A stretch of 64,000 bases of DNA, from contig NC_082722.1 in the NCBI RefSeq assembly GCF_030144855.1, positions 27,776,001 to 27,840,000 of the forward strand, written 5' to 3'. Made by a program: the position numbers and the translations under genes. Below are positions 35,701 to 46,399 of the stretch, in pieces; position 1 is the first letter of the stretch; each line of letters begins with the position of its first letter. This stretch comes from Hypanus sabinus (Eukaryota). Below the pieces are notes generated by a model. That model saw only the letters and a list, made by a program, of their open reading frames with translations, had not been told where the DNA came from and searched no databases.

Positions 35701-38700
35701 TTCCAGGAAAAGATCTTGACAGTTGCAGGGACGACTTACAGCAGACTGAAAATCTTGAAGATCGAGGTATTAACAAACAGGATGTGCTGGAGCTTTTGGA
35801 AGGTTTCAAGTTGGATAAGTCACCGGGACTGCACGAGATGCAGCCCAGGCTTCTGTGGGAGGCGACGGAGAGACTGCTTAGCCTCTGGAGATGATATTTC
35901 CATCATCAATGGGGACAGGAGAGGTTCCGGAGGATTGGAGCGCTGCAGATGTTGTTCCGTTATTCAAGAAAGGGAGTAGAGATAGCCCAGGAAATTATAG
36001 ACCAGTGAGTCTTACTTCAATGGTGGGTAAGTTGATTGAGAAGATCTTGAGAGGCTGAATTTAAGAACATTGGGAGAGGCATAATATGATCAGTAATAGT
36101 CAGGGTGGCCTTGTTAAAGGCAGGTCGAACGTTACGACCGTAATTCAATTTTTTGAGGATGTACCTAAACACATTGATGAAGGTAGAGCAGGAGATCTTG
36201 TGTATATGGATTTCAGCAAGGCATTTGATAGGGTACCCCATGCCAGGCGTATTGAGAAAGGTAGGCGGAATTGGATCCAAGGGGACATTGCTTTGTGGAT
36301 CCAGAATTGGCTTGCCCACAAAAGGCAAAGGGTTATTCTAGATGGGTCATATTCTGCATGCAGTTTGGTGACCAGTAGTGTACCTCAGGGATCTGTTCAG
36401 GGACCCCCTACTCTTCGTGATTTTTGTTAATGGCCTGAATGAAGAAGTGGAGGGGTGGGTTAGTAAATTTGCTGATGACAAATGTTGGAGGTATTGTGGA
36501 TAGTGTGGATGGCTGTCAGACGTTACCGCAGTAACCTCTGAAAGAATGCAAAACTTTTCTGGGAAGTGGCAGATGGAATTCAATACAGATAAGTGTGAGG
36601 TGTTTTATTTTGGTAGGTCACAAATGAGGACAGAATATAGTATCAATGGTAAGACTCTTGGCGGTGTGGAGGATCAGAGGGATCATGGGGTCCGAGTCCA
36701 TTAGACACTCAAATCTGCTGCGCAGGTTGACTCTGTGGTTAAGAAGACATCCGGTGCATTGGGCTTCATTAACCGTGGGATTGAGTTTAGCAGCCGAGAC
36801 AGCGGTGGGTAATGGTGGAGGCAGCAGCGGCGGCCATGGGGACTGCGGCGGTAGGAATGGGAGCGGCTGCTACTCCAGTGGCGGGTGCAGGTGGTGGAAG
36901 AGTCGGTTGGACTAAACAGGAGACGTGCAGGTATATCATGCATGGAGTTTGTAAAAAAGGAAACAACTGCCGTTATTTCCATGATCTTTCAGCCAGCAAG
37001 CCTTCACTGATTTGCAAGTACTTTCAGAAAGGATGCTGCAGATATGGAGATCGCTGCAGGTATGACCATGTGAACCCGTCAAAGCAAGGATTGTCGAAGA
37101 TTCAAAGTGGTCCTACACCAATGGCCCCGAAGGATTCTGCCACAGCGTCAGCTACAAAACTTACTCCTTACCAAATTAAATTGTGAAATAAGCACAAAAA
37201 CAGCAGTGATTGAGGAATCCAAACCTTCAAGAGCAAGCTCAAATCTGGAGGACTGGGTTAATGCAACATAGTTTATACCTGGACAGCCATATTGTGGACG
37301 AAGATTCTCAAGTGCCTGATCCAGTGTGACTGCTTGTGGATTGTCAGGTACTGAAGCAGACCTGACTGTATATACACTGCTTTTAAAACCTGAAGGGGAA
37401 ACTGCAGCGCCATTTTTCCACTGTTCACCTAATTTCAAGAGTTATGAGTTTTCATAAAAATTGGTTTTCCCATATGTTACAGGGGAACAGATCTCCAATA
37501 ACCATATGAATTCCTGGTTGCATTGTTAGGTTACATGTGGCAATTACCCTTTTCTTTTGAAATTTCTTTTCCTACAAAAGAAATTGCGCACCCTTCAGGT
37601 CTTTGCCAAAAGGCAGCAGACTTCTTCAAAGAACACTTCGAAGCTGGCAGCCTGGATAAGAAGTTACTCGATTTGATTCTTTATTATTGAATACTTGAAA
37701 ATGTAATAACCATTGAAATTAATAGCTGTTACCTCATATATGTCATCTTCAGATTGATGTTAATAAGGTGTAAACTTGGTGACCTTCTTGAATTAGCATT
37801 TTCATGTGCAGAGACAAATGTCTTATTTTTAAAATCAGGTTTCATTAGGAAATTTTTGTGAACTTTGACAATATAATTCAAAACTGTAAATTATATTGGA
37901 GGGAAGTAGCATTATTATACTTAACAGTATTATTCCATTCTATGCATTGGGAAAGGATAGTATGATCAAATCAGGACCAGACCTTATAGTATGATTTACT
38001 TTTTTACTTTACTGAAGAAATCCTGAAAAGTGAGACTTCAATCTTAACTAGTGTTAAAATTTGTTACAGAGAGTGGTAGTAAATTTTAAATTTGCAGTTT
38101 TGATATTTTAAAACTTATTCATTTGATACTATCGTTTTCAACTTACTTTGTTGGTTATGCAAGCTTGTCTAGCATATGAAACCGATTCACTTTGGCAAGT
38201 ATTTAAGGAATCAGAATAAAATGTATTTGTCTGTTGAAAAAAAAAGTGCTTAGCAGCCGAGAGGAAATGTTGCCGCTATATAGGACCCTGGTCAGACTCT
38301 ACTTGGACTACTGTACTCAGGTCTGGTCACGTCACTATAGGAAGAATGTGGAAACCATAGGTGAGACTTGCAAGGATGTTGCCTGGATTGAGGAACATGC
38401 CTTATGAGAATAGGTTGCGTGTACTCGGCCTTTTCTTCTTGGAGCGACAGAGGATGAGAAGAGACCTCAACGAGGATCATTAGATGAGGAGCGGTATTGG
38501 CTTTATGGATAGTGAGAGACTTTTCTCCCAGGGCTGAAATGACTAGCTCGACAGGGCACAGTTTTAACGTGTTTGGAAGTAGGTACAGAGAAGATGTCAG
38601 GTTTTTTTTTACGCAGACGGTGGCGTGTGCATGGAATGGGCTGCCAGCGATAGTGGTGGAGGTGGATACGATAGGATTTTGTAGGTGACTCTTGGACAGG

Positions 38701-38830
38701 TACAAGTAGCTCAGAAAAATAGAGAACTAAGTGTAACCCTGGGTAATTTCTAAGGTAGGGATATGTTCTGCACAGCTTTGTGGGCCGAGCAGCCTTTACT
38801 CTGCAGTAGGTTTTCTATTGTTCCATGTTT
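35701..38830 (+). mobile_element. 5'-truncated CR1 LINE, split by the MKRN1 retrocopy
   Basis: KSPG, YRPVSLT, DFSKAFD and FADD motifs; the coding sequence at 36798 resumes at 38262 (...attgagtttagcagccgag | aggaaatgttgccgctatatagg). Confidence 0.9.
36799..38245 (+). pseudogene. MKRN1: MKRN1 (makorin-1) processed pseudogene / retrocopy
   Basis: Intronless Ala/Gly-rich N-terminus, [28 protein letters not shown] and a second C3H finger (36812-37186). After a frameshift, EDWVNAT*FIPGQPYCGR corresponds to the MKRN1 PAM2-like motif DWVNAIEFVPGQPYCGR. AATAAA at 38215-38220, A9 at 38237-38245, TSD ttagcagccgag at 36787-36798 and 38250-38261. Confidence 0.92.
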
Positions 38831-38872
38831 CAAAGAGCTAAATATTTGACGTCGCGTTTTCTTCTGTTGTAA

Positions 38873-39168
38873 CTCCCCCAACTCCGCTGGAAATCATTCG
38901 TGTTGACGAATCTTCACCTAAATCCCCGAAACTAATGTGTAAAACTGCAGCATGTTATCCGATGAAATTAGACATCATTTGGCAAAGAAATCCTATGGAC
39001 ATTCTAACCAAAATAGAAACTGCAATAAATGAGATTTCAAAAGGATTTTATGAGGCTCACAGTATTTGAAAAATGCGCAGCCTGCTCAGGGCAAAGTGGT
39101 TTACATCTGTCTGGTATCTCAAGAAACGCTCAAAATTCCTGCCAGTTTCAGCTATATTATCGAAGAAG
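38873..39168 (+). pseudogene. Gene C: C1-set Ig exon, disabled
   Basis: PPTPLEII...LMCKTAACYPMKLDIIWQRN...YICLVSQETLKIPASFSYIIEE; acceptor is TAA rather than TAG; 296 nt (1-nt deletion near 39066 creating a TGA); donor AAG|gtaaga. Confidence 0.85.
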
Positions 39169-39329
39169 GTAAGACTGGAAGGATTTAAAGCAAGCTCCAA
39201 CCGGAATTGAAATATACATGAAGAGCTATAAGAACACAAGAAAGAAAATGTGAATAGTAATATTTTTAGCAATGGTGAACAGTTAACGTGTGTACCGTTT
39301 TTACATTATTTACAGTCTTACACCTGCAA

Positions 39330-41785
39330 GGAAATGTGTGTATCAATGACAGAGGTAGAAAGAGGAATGGGGCTTTTCTGAGGGAATTTGAGCAGCCAGG
39401 GACTAAATTAAAAAGCAGAACCAAGCACATAGTAACCTCTGGATTACTACTGAGGGACGTACAAATTGGCACAGGCTTAAGAAGATTAGAGGGCTAAATG
39501 GATGGTTCAAGAGTAGGTGTGGGAGAACGGGGTTTGAATCCATGGGAAACTGGCACCAATTGTGAGGAAGGAGGGAGCTGTTCCATTGGGATTGGCTCCA
39601 CCTGAACCGTGATGGGACCTGAATCCTGGCGAATTATGTAGAAGGTATGAATAGGGCTTTAAACGAAATAGCAGAGGCTGGGTTCAACAGATTAAAGAAG
39701 TATGGATAAAGTAAAGGAGAAAAGTATGGATAAAGCCAAGAGGAAAGCAAAATTTTTAAAAAAGAGAAAAACAATCTTGGTGTGCAGAAAGGTCAAGTCC
39801 ATAAGAGACAACGATTAGTAGATTTTGAAGGCACGGTGAATGTATCTGAATGCCAGTAGTATTCATGGTCAATGAACTTGTGGGATAAGTCAGTATAAAC
39901 GAGTATGATATAGTGGTCATTACAGAGACGAGGTTGCAGGGTGGAAAGGATTGGGAATTAGATATCCAAGGATATCAGATAATACGGAAGGATAGGCAGG
40001 ACTATAACGGAGCTGGGGTAGCGTTCTTGATTCAGGATGAAATCAGGGCACCAGTGAGAGATGATATAACATCTAAAGAGCAAACTGTTCATTCCATCTG
40101 GGTAGAGATTGGTAATAGTAAAGGGAAAAAATCATTAGCGGCAGTTGCTTATAGGCCACCGAATAATAACACTAAAGTGGCACAGGCAATAAGCAGAGAA
40201 TTATCTGAGGCATGTAAGAATAGCACAGCAGTTCTGGTGAAGGACTTTAACTTGCACATCGATTGGGTGAATCATGTTGAGCGAGGCAGTCTTGAAGAGG
40301 ACTTCATGGAATGCATCCGTGATAGTTTTCTTGAACTTGTAACTGAACCTACAGGGGAATATGTTACCTTGGATCTGGTCCTGTGCTCAGACAAGTAGAA
40401 TCAACCATCTTGTACATAGGGATCCTCTTGGAAAGAGTGATCACAGCATTACTGATTTTCTTCTACAAATGGAGGACGCAAATAGGATGGAGTGGATAGG
40501 GTAGACTGTGAGCATAGATATATGGTGAGACTGTGGATGAACAGTAGAAAACTTTCAAAGAGGCTTTTCATGGTGCTGAATAAAAGTATATTCCAATTAA
40601 AAGCAAAGACAGTGTGGGTGAGGAGAGCCAGCCATGGATAACTAAGAAAATAAAGGAAGGCATCAAACTAAACTCTCGGTAAGGTGCCACATAAAATATT
40701 TATCCATATGATAAGGATGCACAGATTTGTGGTGATGATTTAGCATGGATAGAGAATTAGTTAACTATTAGAAAGCAGACACCTGGGATACATGGGTGTT
40801 CCTCTGGTGGGCAAATCATCTCAACTGTTCAGAATAAATATCATCGATCTGGAAGAGTGGGTTGAATGCAGAGCACCTAAATTTAATGATGCCACTAAAT
40901 TGAGAGGAAATGCAAATTGTGCATGAGATACGGTGTGTCTGCAGAGAGAGATAGGTAGGTTAAATTAGCAAGCGAGGGTCTGGCAGATGGAGTACAATAT
41001 TGGTAAATGCGAGGCTATCCACTTTGGAAGCAAAAATGGAAGATCAGATTATTATTTAAATGGTAAAAGATTGCAGCAAGCTGCTGAGCAGAAGGTGTTG
41101 GTAGTGTCTGCGCATGGATCGCAAAAGGTTCGTTTGGAGGTGCAGCAAGCTATCAAGAAGACAAATGGAATGTTGGCCATCATTGCTAGAGGGATTGAAT
41201 TTAAGTGCAGGAAGTTATGCTGAAGCAGGAGAAGGTAATATTGAGGCTGCATCTAGAGTACCGGATGCAGTTCTGTTTCCTTTCTAGAAGAAGGTTTTAA
41301 TGGCTGTGGAGGTGGTACAGATCAGGTTCATCAGGTTGATTTCATAGATGGGCGGGTTGGACTATGAGATTGAGACACATGAGATTGTAATCGCTGGAAT
41401 TCAGAAAGATGAGAAGATAGCTTCTAGAAATATATAAAATTATAGAAGGGAAAGATAAGATAGAGGCAGAAATCGTTTCCACTAGTAGGTGAGACTAGAA
41501 ATATGGGACATTGCCTCAGGATTCGGTGGAGTAAATTCAAGACGGAGATGAGGTGGAACTGTTTTTCGCAAAGAGCAGTGAAGTCTCTGCCGAATTAGGT
41601 AGTGGAGGGTACCTCAGTGAATGTACTTAACACGAGGTTGGATATACTTTTGCATTGCAGGAGAATTCATCGTTAAGGGGCAAGGCAGGTAGATGGAGAT
41701 GAGTCCCTCGTCAGATCGGCCACGATCTTATAGACTCGATGGGCCCGATGGCCTACTGCTGCTCCTATTTCTTACGTTCTTATGA
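39330..41785 (+). mobile_element. Old CR1 with internal deletions (SGNH esterase, endonuclease, RT C-terminus)
   Basis: INDRGRKRNG-x-FLREFEQ (esterase), ITETRLQ / YRPP / DFN (endonuclease), KCEAIHFGSKN (RT). Confidence 0.85.
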
Positions 41786-42194
41786 ATTTCTTGAATTTAT
41801 GCATAGCCTATTGCACAGCAAACATTCCGATATATTTCACAAAGCATTAAATTAATAAAAAAGCTAAAATGACAAAAGAGGCATTTAGATAGATGCCGTG
41901 GTACAAGGGCGATTAAGTAGATTTTATCATTCTTTTTTCAAGGAGTAAGTGTGATGCTGCCTGGCCCGCTGAGTTCCTCTGGCATTGTGTGTGTGTTGCA
42001 CTGTAAAGAACCACTATGTTAGATAATCTGTTGGCTCCATACGTCCCATCATCACCTTAAAGCCCGTGTTATACTGCGTCTCTTGCATTCTTTATATGTT
42101 CAGGACTGAATTACTCTTTAAAATGCTCTACTTTCATGTCTCACGGTCTCTATATATTTATACATGTTTTACAGTTTCGTCTTTATTTTACCAG

Positions 42195-42299
42195 ATCTGG
42201 AAAACGGCAATGAACCCCTGACTCTTGGATGTGCATTGGGCGGAATAGCAATTGTAATTCTGAGTATAATTTTGATAAGAATCGGAGTTAAGGCAAAAC
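42195..42299 (+). CDS. Gene C: transmembrane exon (open, weak donor)
   Basis: Acceptor ctttattttaccag|; (D)LENGNEPLTLGCALGGIAIVILSIILIRIGVKAK, 105 nt, phase 1-1; shares the L-x-C-A-x-G-G-x-A-I motif with 59901-59999; donor |gtagac. Confidence 0.75.
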
Positions 42300-42795
42300 G
42301 TAGACGATTTGACAACCATTTCCACTTATTACCTCTACACGTTGAAACGAAAAATGATAATGAGAGAATCAGGATTTCCAAGGCATTATCGGATTCACAT
42401 TCGACAATATTGATTATAAATAACAGGATAATTTTATACTCACGTTCAAGTTAACCAATCCTCCCTTGTACCTATGATTTTCAGATACCTTGGGTTTTAA
42501 GGCTGTGATTTCCTGCGGCGATTTTACACCAGTAATAGTACTCTCACTGTTATATTTACGTTCCTTTGAGATATAACATGACATAACATGTTATAATGCT
42601 ACCGCCACTCTACTCTTTCAATGAAAATCTAGATCCACCACATTCATCAAAGGTCATGCACAACACATTACGAGGCCACAATGTGCGCCTTACTATTTTG
42701 AATAGCTGTCAGGAATTACAATTTTCGGCAAGAAATATGATTACAATCCAACGCACAACTTCAATTTTTCTGACATTGCCGCTGTAATTTAAGGT

Positions 42796-43147
42796 TGTCA
42801 TGGTCCCGTCTGGCAATTCCCCATCATATTATTACCTCCTTACTTAGGCCTTAATGCCCTCGTCTGATTTCCAATCATTCACAGTTCCACTTATTACAAG
42901 CACACCTTGTTCCCATTAGCGAACATTGGATAAAACTCGGGCGTTAAATCCATCTTTGCCAGTTCGTTGGTCGACTCTACAGTGAGTAAGCCTTGTTCCC
43001 TGATTCCATGGGACTGTCAGTTAAAGTTCCGCATCATTTGCTGGATACTCTAAGTAAACCTTGTCTCCGTGTGAAGACTCTCCTGGATACCGGTTCCCTG
43101 TTCGCGACCGTGCACTTGGGTTCGTCCTCAGCCTCGTCCTCGCCTCA
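42796..43147 (+). mobile_element. Solo LTR (probably Gypsy-type)
   Basis: TG...CA ends (tgtcatgg...cgcctca) with 5-bp flanks aaggt/aagct (4 of 5 match); orientation is a guess. Confidence 0.55.
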
Positions 43148-43261
43148 AAGCTGTTCTTTATATTAAAATCAATTAGGTATTAAAACAACCTCTGAGGAAG
43201 CAAATCAGAGCAGAGAATCGGAGGTGAAACAACTTCTGTTTTTGCTTCTGAGAGAGGTATA

Positions 43262-44085
43262 TTAGAAACATAAAAACACAGAAAACCAACAGCACACTAC
43301 AGACCATTCGGCCCAGAAAGCTGTGCCGAACATATCCTTATCTAAGAAATTACATAGGGTTACCCGGAGCACTCTACTTTTCTGAACTCCACGTATCTGT
43401 CCAGGAGAATCTTTAAAGACCCTATCGTATGTGCGTCCACCACCGTCGCTGGCAGCCATTCCACGCACTCATCACTCTCTGCATAAAAATTAAACCCCTG
43501 ACATTTCCTCTGTACCTGTTTCCAAGCACTTTAAAGCTGTGCCCTCTTGTGCGAGCTATTTCAGCCCTGGGGGGGGGGGGGGGAAGCATCTAAATGTCCA
43601 CACGATCAATGCCTCTCAGCATCTTATACATCCCTAGCAGGTCAACTCTCATCCTCTGTCGCTCTAAAGAAAAATATTGATTTCGATCAACCTATTCCCA
43701 TAAGGTATGCTCCCCAATCCAGGCAACAACCTTGTAAATCCTCTGCACCTTTTCTATGGGTTCCACATACTTCCCACACGGAGCACAGTACTCTAAGTGC
43801 GATTTAAACAGGGTCCTACATAACCTCAACATCCCCAAGGTTGATGAAGGCCAATGCACCGTATGCTTTCTTAACCACAGAATCAACCTGCGCATCGGCG
43901 TGCAGTGTCCTATGGACTCGCACCCAAAAGTCCCTCTGATACTCCACACCGCCGAGAATCTTACCATTAATACTCTATTCTGTCATCACATCTCCTCTGG
44001 TTCAATACACACTTTAGCACCGTCACCCTAGATTGGTCCTATTCCTTCACGTCTTACCCTCTTGCTCTTCACAAACCTATTGATA
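43262..44085 (-). mobile_element. Antisense CR1 (3' part plus 5'-most junction)
   Basis: Reverse-complement HLEYC and 3' tail motifs; its 5' junction matches that of the CR1 at ~58930-59050. Confidence 0.8.
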
Positions 44086-44171
44086 GAGGATTATTATGAT
44101 CAATTACGAACTATGTCTGTGAGTGCATGTGAACCGATGACAAAGTGACCCGCACGGAACTGCTTCAACAG

Positions 44172-44189
44172 TGCCCGAGGAGTACAAAG
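44172..44189 (+). CDS. Gene C: candidate 18-nt cytoplasmic mini-exon (PEEYK)
   Basis: ttcaacag|tgcccgaggagtacaaag|gtgaca; the AG position is conserved in paralog B (58832) and the phase is compatible with the TM exon. Confidence 0.4.
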
Positions 44190-44542
44190 GTGACAGTTAC
44201 CCCTGAGGAAACTGTTGGGGAAAGGAGGAAAAAGGAAATAACTGCGGAAGGAAGAGGTTGACGAGAGATGAGAAACTCAACCTATTCGTAGAATAGCTTT
44301 TAAATGGTGCTTGAAAATCAATTTCACTCATAAAAGATCATAGGAACTTCCAGTGCTAGGGAAAAAAAAAACACTTTTTCCTTTCTAAAATAACATATAT
44401 CGCAATAACACCTACTGGTGTTAGAATGTTGTTATGCCGCATTTTTACTCATTTACGTTTACGTTTTCATGCTCATTTTCTCTATGGAATTGGAATTGCA
44501 TCAGACTCGCCACTAACCGTGTTAGCTACCGCTTTGTAACAG

Positions 44543-44702
44543 GCTGGACTAGCGCCAGTTGAACAGGCCTTACATATGCTACAGTAACGTGAGAGAAAAC
44601 AAAGGAATTCACCAGATCAGACGCCAAGACGGACATGTGATCTGTGCAAAGGTACACCCAAGTGATTGGGGACGGGGGAGATTCAAAAGTTTCGGTGTAT
44701 AA
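44543..44702 (+). pseudogene. Gene C: decayed terminal ITIM exon
   Basis: Acceptor ctttgtaacag|; GLTYATV followed 68 nt after the Tyr codon by HVI(C)AKV, i.e. the 23-codon Tyr-Tyr spacing of the gene A tails minus 1 nt; in-frame stops present. Confidence 0.5.
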
Positions 44703-45685
44703 TAATACCTTATACAATAATGTAAAACATGGCTAGGGAACTTAAGCGAAGAACAAGAAACAACGGTTTCCCTTTTGTCTCCTTCAGTACAAAGTGTTTT
44801 AAATGTCTGTAATCTAAAAATGAAAATTATTAAATACATTACAATTGTATCCTAAAATGTATCGCTTCGCTTTTTTTTTGAGGGACAATTGACAAAGAGT
44901 CGATATTGAATTACTTCCACAGACTCGACGTGGCAGAGATGAAAATTTGACATATGCCGCTCTGCGGCTTCCAAACAATAAAATATCGGCATTTAAGCGC
45001 GGCAACAAGGATTCAGTGCACGCAGATGTGAAGCTTTCATAAGAAGCGAGAAGGTGAAACACGAATGCACGCTCACCGGGTTGTTTCCCTTATCTACTGC
45101 AGGGAGACTAAAGAGCGACGGCTGAAAGATCAGACGGTAGTGAAAGATAAGAATAAGAATAGTGGACATTGTGACAGACGGGAGTATTTCTTTCTCACTC
45201 TATCAATATACAAATTTTGAGTTTCAAAACATCGTCAGCGATATCAGTTTAAAGAGAATCACAAATCTGCTCTAATTCATAAACGTCAGCTTGCAAAACA
45301 AGTCGCCAACGAACTATCATCACATTTTCGTAATGTCCTCTCACGAGAAGTTCAAGTTCAAGTTAAACTTTAATTGTCGTAAAACAACCATCTGTGCGCT
45401 TAGTAGATAACTCAGGTTGCGGAAATCAAACAGAAATAACAGGAAAATGCGCTTGTATTTTGAGTTAGCCAAACATTTAGTAACATGATTACTACTTCAC
45501 TGGATTCTCTACTCTCCAAATTAGATTTTCTGAAAATTCATTTTAAGTAAGGACAGTGTGCTGTCTTTACGACAGTTATTTAGTTTATAATATTTTCGCT
45601 TAGTAATTCATTCAATAGTATTTTCTAGTTAGAATTAGAAGTGTTTAAAGTGTATTCATTGCATGTAAAATATATCGGCATGCGA

Positions 45686-45760
45686 TGACGTCACATCCGG
45701 TTTCGCCGCGTCTTGTGGGAAAACACCGGTTTGAAATTAGCGCGAGGGTGGGGGCTTTCC
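45686..45760. promoter_or_regulatory. LTR motif cluster: CRE overlapping an ETS-like site, plus a kappaB-like site
   Basis: TGACGTCA at 45686-45693 overlapping ACATCCGG (reverse complement CCGGATGTGACGTCA); GGGGCTTTCC at 45751-45760; repeated in the 3' LTR (48078-48152). Confidence 0.5.
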
Positions 45761-46399
45761 ACGAGGCTCACCTGAGCAGAAGTAGTTTTGCAGGCATGAG
45801 AAATCACAGTGAGAGCAACGCTGTAAGTTAATAGATAATCGATATATTGAACTAAGATGTTAATGCTGATCCTGTTAGAGGTAACGACGGTAGATAATGT
45901 TTATGCTTTCGTTAGTTAAAGAGTCGCGGATAGTTTGCATGGAAGTGTATTTAAAGTAGTCAATGGAGCAGGTAAACTCTCCCTGTATACTGCACCTTAG
46001 TGTAATGTAGTTATAGTCACCTTTGCAAGTATTTACACTTGAAATGTGATATTAAGGAAGGAACAAATACTGTATCAATCTTGTATTGTTTTATCAACAG
46101 TTTTCACCATATGTTAATGTGAAGAGTGAACAGTAAATGGTTAATCTTACTGCGATCTGGTTCTTATTAACTGTGGTTTATCTGGACGTTAAATTCGGCG
46201 TTTCATTACACCCGAAGGAGAACGTTACAGTGAAAAAGCGGCATTATCAGGTGTTTCAAGTGCTGCAATGTCAGCTCAATCCAGCATCAAGTCGACGCCG
46301 CCCAGCGACAAGGGCAGTAAACCGACATCAAGTAAGCCCACCCGGGCGTTATCAGGTGTTCCAAGTGCTGCAATGTCAGCTTGATCCGGGATCAAGTCG

